This document shows positions 55,621 to 64,000 of a stretch of 64,000 nt of DNA, one piece after another. The translations under genes were made by a program, and so were the position numbers. The DNA is taken from NCBI GenBank assembly GCA_965153285.1, contig OZ229113.1. One strand, 5' to 3'. The DNA comes from Podarcis tiliguerta. Its lineage: Eukaryota. The notes beneath the pieces were generated by a model, which was not told where the DNA came from, ran no database searches, and was given only the letters and a program-made list of their open reading frames with translations. Within the stretch, counting starts at the first letter, position 1, and each line of letters opens with the position of its first letter.

Positions 55621-58600
55621 AGAAGTTTCCTTCGTAACCCCCTGGGCAAGTGGCGGAAAGTCAGCAGCTCTCATATAGCACCTGTTGTAGGGATACGGGT
55701 GATTTTTAGGTGCTCCTCAGTAGGTATCTGGTTGACTGGTATGGAAGTCGGGTTTGGCCATGGGAAATCTGGTGTTTCCCGTCACGCCTGGGTCACTTGT
55801 ACCCATGTACTCTGTCACTCAGGGAGGGTTTCATTCCCTTGCCAAAGACGCCAGAAGCAAAAATAATTCATCTGAATTGGATGCTTCTGTCATGTGGTGG
55901 GGTGAAATCAGTTATCCCAACTAGAATAAGCATCTCCCAAATGATTCGTTTCTCATTCTTTAATTGCATTTTATGCCAATCCCAAACTGCTTTCACTAGG
56001 AAGTAGATTTTATTGCAATGAGTATGCTGCATATTTTAGTTGAGTCTATACTCAACTAAATGGGTAAAGGGTTTTCCCATCAATACTCTTTGATTAGCTG
56101 TCTGGTCACTGTTCAGTTATCAAAAAACAATCTATTAAGTTAACCAACAGATTAACTAATATAGTTCACTTGTTATCTTAATCTTATGTATGTACATGTA
56201 CTAAAGCAATTTTTGAGTGAATATTTCTGGATTTCACATAGACAAGAAGTTGAACTCTCAAGATGCAAAGGTGGAAGTCCCATTGAATTAAGTGGGACAC
56301 CTCCCATTAAATTGAATGGAACTTCTGAGTAAATATGCATAGGATTGTATTGCTGACATACAGATGTTATGATGATAATCTCCTCACTGGGGAAAATTAG
56401 TTTAATATGAACCTGATTCTTCATAGAACTTACCTGAAACTATTAAGAGAGAGAGAGAGCTAATTCTTTGCCAGAAAGGTTGGCACCTTAAGCCTAAATA
56501 CTTGCTCTAGTACATTTGCTTGTTGTGTTGACCTAAGGACATGAAATATGTTGCTGTGAGCACTCAGTTTGCCCCATCCTGTAATCTTTGCTGGCAAAGC
56601 AACTTTTCAGATGGGGTGCACTGTCTGCTTTGCATGTTTAAAAAAATCTGTTAGGTAGTTTTCACAGGTAAGGAAGGCTATACATGTCAAGAAATTGTTC
56701 TGAACTATTCTGATAGAGAAATGTTTCATTTTTGTATTTAAATACAGAAGAATTTATTCTACAAAACACAATGCATTGCAGATTTTGAATTTGAATGTTT
56801 ACTGTGTTGTCAAGGGTGTACTCTTAGCCAGGAAGCTGTATTGAAAACTACAGCCTTCAGTACTGTATCAGTACCATCAGTTAGGAGAATAGTTCACTTT
56901 GCATAGCCTTAAATTCCAGATAAAGTATTAAAGCTTCAATTCTAACCATGCTTACTGGGAGTAAAGACTTGCTTCTGAGTAGATAAAGAACAGCACATAG
57001 ACTGTTCATATAAACTCATTCAATTTATATATTTATATATTAAATTATAGTTGAATTATTTCATTTCCATTTAATTTTTTTATTTTGTGAAAGCATGGTT
57101 GCAAGCCTTAGATGCTTCAGTAACTGGAGTCTAAAATCAATGAATTACAGTGCATTCTTGTTCATATTTACTTAGAAGCAAGTTTAGCTGTTTTCATTAG
57201 TTTCATTGGTTTATTTCCCAGTAAGTATGTTTAAAATTGCACGTGAAAGTTCCAGTTAGTCATATTCAAAGTAGCCCCTTTGAAGTAAATGGACTTCATT
57301 GATTTCAGTGGGTTGACTCTGAGTGTAACTTAGTTGGATAGCACCCTAACTTGGAGCTGTCTTCTTTTGGAGTCTTGGTAGGAATACCATTCTACTTGCC
57401 AGACTATAGTACTGTATTGTTTCAAGAATTATAAAACTAATGCATGTCATGGTAAAATGTATGGTATAACCCAGTTTTACTGTGTGTAAACTTTTGAACC
57501 AAAGTTAACATGTCTGTTTAGACAACTCTTCTAAACTCTTCTAAGTCTGAGTTAAATTGTCATGGTTGTTGTTTCACTGCACAGAACAGGACAGTTAGAA
57601 GAAAGTTAGAAAGTAGATTGGCATTGTGATGCCATACAGTAATTTAGACCTCCCATCTTCTAAAATACATTTTCAGTGCAATTCTCTGGAACCCACAGAG
57701 AAGATTGGGGGAGGGTTTATTATGGAGGAAGGAGAGGAAGGGATAGTTTCATTGCATGAGTGGTAGTATTCAAACTAAGTTATTTCAAAGTAAGTTCTGT
57801 TCAAAAATTCAAAGTATTATGAAATTGATAAAAATATGGAATAAAGAAAAGTTATATTTACAGTCCTATGCTGTGCATGTTTATTCAGAAATAAGTCCCA
57901 CTGAGATCAGAGGGGCTTACTCCCTGGTAAGCATGTTTAGGATTGCAGCCTCAATATCCTTTTTAAGAACAGTTGCACAAGGTAAAGTTTGAAATTTCTT
58001 ATAACTGGCTGCTACTCTTGTCCTTAGTTTACTTTTAAAGAGATTTTGTCAGGTTTAATCTGGCTATGGTTTTTCTAATGACTGGGAATTTCCTTGCCTT
58101 AATCCTTAGTAGATATTTGTAATACATAGCGTTATGTATTGGTAATTTTGGTATTGAAACTTGGGAAAAGGAGTTTTAACTTTTGTAATAGTGACACAAA
58201 AGAGATATGTGATATTGAATGAAATTGATTAATTGTACAGGTATCTTAGTTTTATACAAGAATTTTGAACAGTTTTATTTTGCCTTACTGTTTTTTGTTT
58301 TCTAAAAACTTAATGAAAGTAAGTATCTGAGAGATGAATACCTTCCCTACAGACCTTCTTGGGTATTAAGCTCAGCAGTGGGGGCCATCTTGGTAGTTTG
58401 GTTGCCCTCGGAAGCTTGGGGGAGGGGGCAGGAGGTGATATAAGAGAGGGCATTCTCTGTGGAAGCCCCTAAGTTGTGGAAGTCCTGTCTCACAGAGGTA
58501 TGTCTGGTACCTTTGCTATACAGTTTTTTACTTTTTTACTTTTTTGACATTTGATATCTGAAATGTATATATTTAGGAATCACCATACTTCTGTGGCTAT

Positions 58601-58740
58601 AAAGTTTTGAATGGTTGTAAACTTTTTCATGTTGCATTTTAAATTGTTGTGACCCACCCTGGGGCCTTAGGGTAAAGGGTGAGTAATAAATAAAATTAAT
58701 AATATTTCTCTTACTAATTATGTAGAAGGTGCACAGTATA

Positions 58741-58912
58741 CTGTATTTTTCCATGTATAAGACTAGGTTTATTCCTAAAAAATAATGTCAAAAATTAGGG
58801 GGCATCTTATACATGGGGCCATCTGCCCCCCCCCCATTTTCTTAAAGCCAGCTCCCCAAAAATAGGGGGCGTCTTATACATGGGGGTGTCTTATAGACAG
58901 AAAAAAATACGG
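58741..58912. mobile_element. Tigger/pogo-like MITE
   Basis: TA|CTGTATTTTT...AAAAATACGG|TA. Confidence 0.75.
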
Positions 58913-59427
58913 TATTCACTGACAAGTTAGATAAAGTTGAATTCTGTTGAAATCAGTGAATTCTACTGAACTCAGTCCTGTACATGTCTACTTAGAAGGC
59001 AGCTACATTGCATTCGATAGTACTTACTCCTTGGTAGGGTTAGTATAGTATTGTAGCCTCAGTGTATACAACTAATAGTATTTTCTTTTGAAGACAGTGT
59101 ATGTTGGCTTCAGGAAAAATTTACCTGCAGATCTTTGGGAACAAACATTGCTCATGGAGGTTTAAAAGTCAAGTCTGTTATTATTAAATCTGGAACACAT
59201 AGACATGTGTCTCAATAGGAGCTATGTTCAGTAGTTTAGAAAAGTGAACCAAAGTTTCTTGAAGCATGGTCTAGTTCTAGCTGTCAGCTAGGAGTTCAGA
59301 AGAGCTTAACAACCTTATTAATGCTAAACTTAAGTAGTCAGAATTCTGGAATTTATCATTGGTCTTTAAAGTCAGTGGTCGTAAAGTCTTACTTGCACTG
59401 CAGACGGACGTTTAATAGGATTATACA

Positions 59428-59606
59428 AAGGAAGGCAAAGTCTGGCCATTGGTCATCTAGCTCAGTATTATGTACTCTGACTGGCAGTGGCTCTCCAGGG
59501 TTTTAAGCAGGGTTCTCTCCCAACCCTATCTGGAGACATCCGGGGATTGAAAGTAGGACCTTCTGTGTGAAATCAGGTGCTCTATCGCTGAGCCCCAACC
59601 CTTCCC
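59428..59606 (-). mobile_element. tRNA-derived SINE (Squam3-like)
   Basis: CCATTGGTCATCTAGCTCAGTATT...GGATTGAA...GCTGAGC. Confidence 0.6.
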
Positions 59607-59784
59607 TATTTTGAAGCAAACTAAAGTTTTCAGTTAAGTGTAAAATGATGCATGTTAGCACATAAAATCTTCACATTATGAGTGATAATCAAAGTTAGAC
59701 ATACAGTGGAAAAATTACTTGACTCCATTGTTTTCAGTGGGTCTGCTCTGATTATGATTTAAGTGGCTATCTCTCAGTTGTATG

Positions 59785-60105
59785 CTGATGGATGTTCAAA
59801 CTGGTAGTAGTGACTAAACAGGAAAGGGAATGTGGGGTCCTGGTAGATAGCTCAATGAAAATGTCAACCCAGTGTGCGGCAGCTATGAAAAGGCTGAATT
59901 ACATGCTATTCGTTGTTAGGAAAGGGATTGAAAATAAGATAACTACTATTGTAATGCAGTTATACTATGTATGCTATGGCCAAACTTGGATTACTGTGTA
60001 CAGTTCTGGCCACCACATTTCAAAACCCATACTGTAAAGCTGGAAAAGGTACAAAAAAGGCCATCCAGAATGATCAGAGGGCTGGAACTCATTTACTATG
60101 AGCAG
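59785..60105 (+). mobile_element. CR1 LINE fragment (continues ~61100-61570 after nested inserts)
   Basis: ER..GVLVDSSMKMSTQCAAA.K and LEKVQK.A.RMI.GLE-type CR1 ORF2 peptides. Confidence 0.75.
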
Positions 60106-60582
60106 TGTTAGAAATTAGCCAGGTGCCAGGTATGTTTTGCAACTGGTGCAGGTCCAATTGCGACCACATAGAGACATCTCCACCTGGCTGGCCTCTCCAG
60201 CTTGCTTAAGCAGGTAAGCAGAATAGCTTATTTATTACATTTATATTCCACCTTTTTCCTCCATGGAGTACATGGTTCATCCTGCTCCTCAGTTAATCCC
60301 TACAGTGACCCTGTGTTTAGAGGCTGTGATTGACTCCAAGGTCGCTCAGTGAGCTTCATGACTGGGTGGGGATTTGAATCCTGATCTCCAAGGTCCTAAT
60401 CTGACACTCTAACCACTACACCACACTGGCTTCCTAGGGTACTTCTGTTATGGGGCAGCTATATAAATCCAAGTAGGTAAAAAATGTCAATTAGAGAAGG
60501 ATCTGAAATTTTTTTTGGAAGTTTGATTTTGTTTTATTCTGGATTGTTATATTTGATGTTTTAATGTGTTGTAAACCACTTT

Positions 60583-60920
60583 GACGCGGGTGGCGCTGTG
60601 GGTTAAACCACAGAGCCTAGGACTTGCTGATCAGAAGGTCGGCGGTTCAAATACCAGCAATGGGGTGAGCTTCCGTTGCTCGGTACTTGCTCCTGCCAAC
60701 CTAGCAGTTCGAAAGCAGGTCAAAGTGCAAGTAGATAAATAGGTACCGCTCCGGCGAGAAGGTGCGCTGCTCTGGTTCGCCAGAAGTGGCTTAGTCATGC
60801 TGGCCACATGACTTGGAAGCTGTACGCCGGCTCCCTCGGGCATTAAAGCGAGATGAGCATCATAACCCCAGAGTCGGTCACGACTGGACCTAATGGTCAG
60901 GGGTCCCTTTACCTTTACCT
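60583..60920 (+). mobile_element. Sauria SINE
   Basis: Family sequence; TSD TAAACCACTTTGAC at 60572 and 60920. Confidence 0.9.
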
Positions 60921-62136
60921 AAACCACTTTGACATTTTTCTTTAAAATATAAAGCAATATATAAATAAAAGGAATAATTATGTTATTCATAATAAACGCC
61001 ACTAGGGGGGATGGTGTCTAGACATTCTGTTGTGGCGATCATAACCCTGGTTGAAGGTGCCATTTGGCGATTTGCTTACATATCTGAATTTCTAAAACTG
61101 ACTATGAGAAAAGGCTACAATGTTTCAGACTTCTCAGTTGAGGAAAAAAAGTTGGCCAAGGGGCGACAAGAGGGATCTATATAAAAGCATGCATATTTTG
61201 GAGCACTGGATAGTCTCTCCTTCCTAACTCTAGGGGTTTGCAAAAGATTCAAGCTAGACGAATGAGAGTACTTCATAAAATGCACAATTAATTTATAGAA
61301 TTTGCTGTCACAAGATGTGGTTGGCCATTATCTTACATAGCTATAAAAGGGGATTAGACAAATTCATAGAGTATAAGCCTGTCAATGGCCACTAGTCATT
61401 GATGGCTATATGGAATTTCCAGTATTAGTGGTAGTATGTGTTTGAGTATTTGTTGCTGAGGAGCATCAATGGGATAGTGCTGTTGCCTTCAAGCCTGGCT
61501 CTGGAATTCCAAGAGGCATCTCAATGCACTGTGGGACATGGGAAGCTGGACTTTGTGGACCTTTAATCTCAGATGGTAGAGTTCAAGTTAGGTTCACAAG
61601 TTATTTTTTGTTAATATACAGTGGTCCAGTCTGCATGGCTTATTAATCTGTAGCTAACAACAAACCATGGTGTAGCTAATGGGCAGCGTACTTGCCTATG
61701 CTCCAATAAAGCTCTTGCTCTGCTCCTATCCCACTCACACTGCATCATTGGAAAACAAATATGTGATGTCTGAACCCAGGCTTTCAGTTTCTCTCTCTAA
61801 ATGAACAGTGAGCAGTAAGTCAGGAATAAACCTTGATTATTGCTTGTGGCTTGTTTGGGGAGAAACCGAAAGCCTGAGTTCAGACATAATCACAAAGCCA
61901 CACTCTGGCTTGTTCTCAACAGTGCAGGGGAGCAAGAGTGGAACAGCAGCAGAATGAAAAACTCTTGAGCAATGTGCACTACTAGCATGCTGTGTGTTCA
62001 CTTTGAACCATGTTTTGTTTTGAATTGTTGTTGAACATGACATGTGAACTTAGCCATTGTAGAACTTCAGTAAAATGCGCTGGTTGGAAAAGGGGATTGA
62101 ATATATATATGATAGGCCTTAAAGACCTTAAGTATA

Positions 62137-62387
62137 CAGTCGTACCTTGGTTGCTGAATGCCTTGGAACTCGTACGTTTCGGCTCCTGAACTATTGAAAA
62201 CTGGAAGTGAGTGTTCTGGTTTTGAAAAAAATTTCAGAAGCCGAACATCTGGTGTGGCTTCTGCGGCTTCCGATTGGCTGCAGGATGCTCCTGCAGCCTA
62301 TCGGAAGCCGTGTCTTGGTTTTTGAACAGTTCCAAGAGTCGAACGGACTCCCGGAACGCATTCTGTTCGAGAACCAAGGTCCAAGTG
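62137..62387. mobile_element. Tc1/mariner-type MITE
   Basis: TA|CAGTCGTACCTTGGTT...AACCAAGGTCCAAGTG|TA. Confidence 0.82.
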
Positions 62388-63279
62388 TACTTAATTGGAA
62401 TTGTGTTTTTGGATGTGATTCTGTATATAGCTGTGATTTCTGCATTGCTGGGGTGAACTAGATGACCATTTGGTCCCTCCCAACTCTACAATTCTATGAT
62501 TCTGTATTAAGTTATGGCCACTGCCTTAGCTGGTTTAAAAAGAAGATTCAAAACACTATCAGTAGCAATTGGCCATGATAGTAAAATGGAACCTCCAAGT
62601 TCTATGCTGATGAGCTTACTGGAAGCATGTGACTGATCACTGTGGAAAAGGAATGCTATCTTATATGGACAGTTGATCTGATTTAGCAGTACTGCTCTTA
62701 TGATCAGGTTGTAAGCAGTTTTTTTAAAGGAATTGTCTTTGAATTAAGTTTAAAATCTGAGTATGAGTGAATTAAACTGAAACTTTAATTTTTAGAAGAG
62801 AACAGTTCATTTTAAAACCCTGCCAGTCAACTTGTGGTCTATCTTTTCCTTTTCCTTTACACAAATGCTCACTAATCATTCAAAGTCCCTTTACCTGGTT
62901 TCTGTCCCTTCACAATTATTAATTTTTCTATCCCTGCATCAGCTCCACTTCTATTTCTCTCCTTCACTCTAACCATCAGGGACCCCCTATCTTCCACATT
63001 TGCAAACTGTGTTGCTATTTTTCTCACTCCCCATCCTAGTTTTTAGTCCCATTTTGCCTGGGGACAGCATGAAAAAGGGGGAATGTTAAGTTGTAGTTAG
63101 TTAATTGGAGAAAGGCCAGTGACATAGGACAGTCCATCCCTTTAGTATGAATGAAACTTTGTTCCCTGGCAGGCAAATGCAAGAATTAAATACTTCCGTA
63201 GTTGCTCTGTCTAAACATAGAATGTAGTTATGATCAACCATGCTTTATGTATTATGTAAGCTACACAAAAGTAACAAAA

Positions 63280-63350
63280 GTATCTGAAGAAGTGTGCATG
63301 CACACAAAAGCTTATACCTAAAACTACTCCGTTGGTCTCTAAGGTGCTAC
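63280..63350 (+). mobile_element. Short Penelope-like 3'-end remnant with degenerate hammerhead
   Basis: GTAT-CTGAAGA-A-GTGTGCATGCACAC-aAAA-GCTT-ATAC...GTTGGTCTCTAAGGTGCTAC. Confidence 0.7.
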
Positions 63351-64000
63351 CTTATAATTTTTAAATTCTTTTGGAAGGATTCTTTTAAAGACTTTCTTGG
63401 CTCATATAACTTTTTTGAAGACTTGATTCTTTTAAGGGAGTTTTTAGTTTTTTAAGAGTCTTTTTAACTATCTTTTTAAAGAATTGTTTTAATTTATTTT
63501 GACAAAAGTAACAGTAACTGATAATTTTTGTGAAAATATATTTACAACTTCATTATGAGCAGAAATAGCTCCTAAAATGTTTTTAAATTCTATTTATGAA
63601 TTTGACTGCTCTTTGACTTGTGCGACTTTTCTTGCTTATTATTGAATATTCAAATTTAGAACTGACTGCTTTAGTGAACAAAAAAATATACAGGGTCATG
63701 CATGCAGCGATTTCATGCACTACCTGTAGGTTCATGAGGGGAGGAGGATCTGGAACTTCTGAAAGTTGCGTCTGTTTTAGTTAGCTGATTGGGGTGAAGT
63801 GGTTGATCTATAGGACAAAGTTGCTGGCTATAGAGAAAAGCTGAAATCACTTTTCAAAAGGCAGTTCCAACTCTTGAGGGGGGAAGAGTAGGTATTATAC
63901 TGGGAAAATGTTTGCAGAGTCAAGAAGCAAAGCAGGAAAGGGCCTGAGTAGAATGAGTTGGAAAATATATGAGCTGTCTGCAGTAGGTGGTTGTAGGTGG

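Noticed and set aside
53731-55866. Many long overlapping ORFs (up to 249 aa) on both strands
   Set aside because: Expected in a GC-rich CpG island; low-complexity Pro/Arg/Ala/Gly content and no recognisable domain.

Overview
Squamate (probably lacertid lizard) genomic DNA syntenic with the human chr21 Down-syndrome region. It holds the last 19 coding exons of TTC3 (+, 599-25398, ending in a RING-H2 domain) and the complete 8-exon VPS26C/DSCR3 gene (-, 39861-29289, 297 aa). A large CpG island with a non-coding first exon (~53800-55600) is inferred from synteny to be the DYRK1A promoter. Introns and intergenic DNA are rich in Sauria SINEs, Squam3-like SINEs, L2/CR1/BovB fragments and Tc1/mariner and hAT MITEs. 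Two insertions stand out. (1) A young, 5'-truncated Penelope-like retroelement in a TTC3 intron has a 433-bp inverted pseudo-LTR pair, two hammerhead-ribozyme motifs and an intact GIY-YIG endonuclease. The inversion has placed an in-frame ATG and a TATA box upstream of that endonuclease. (2) A 751-bp solo-LTR-like element in VPS26C intron 1 is mostly occupied by one intact 194-aa ORF. All calls were made by eye and from recalled family knowledge; no searches were run.
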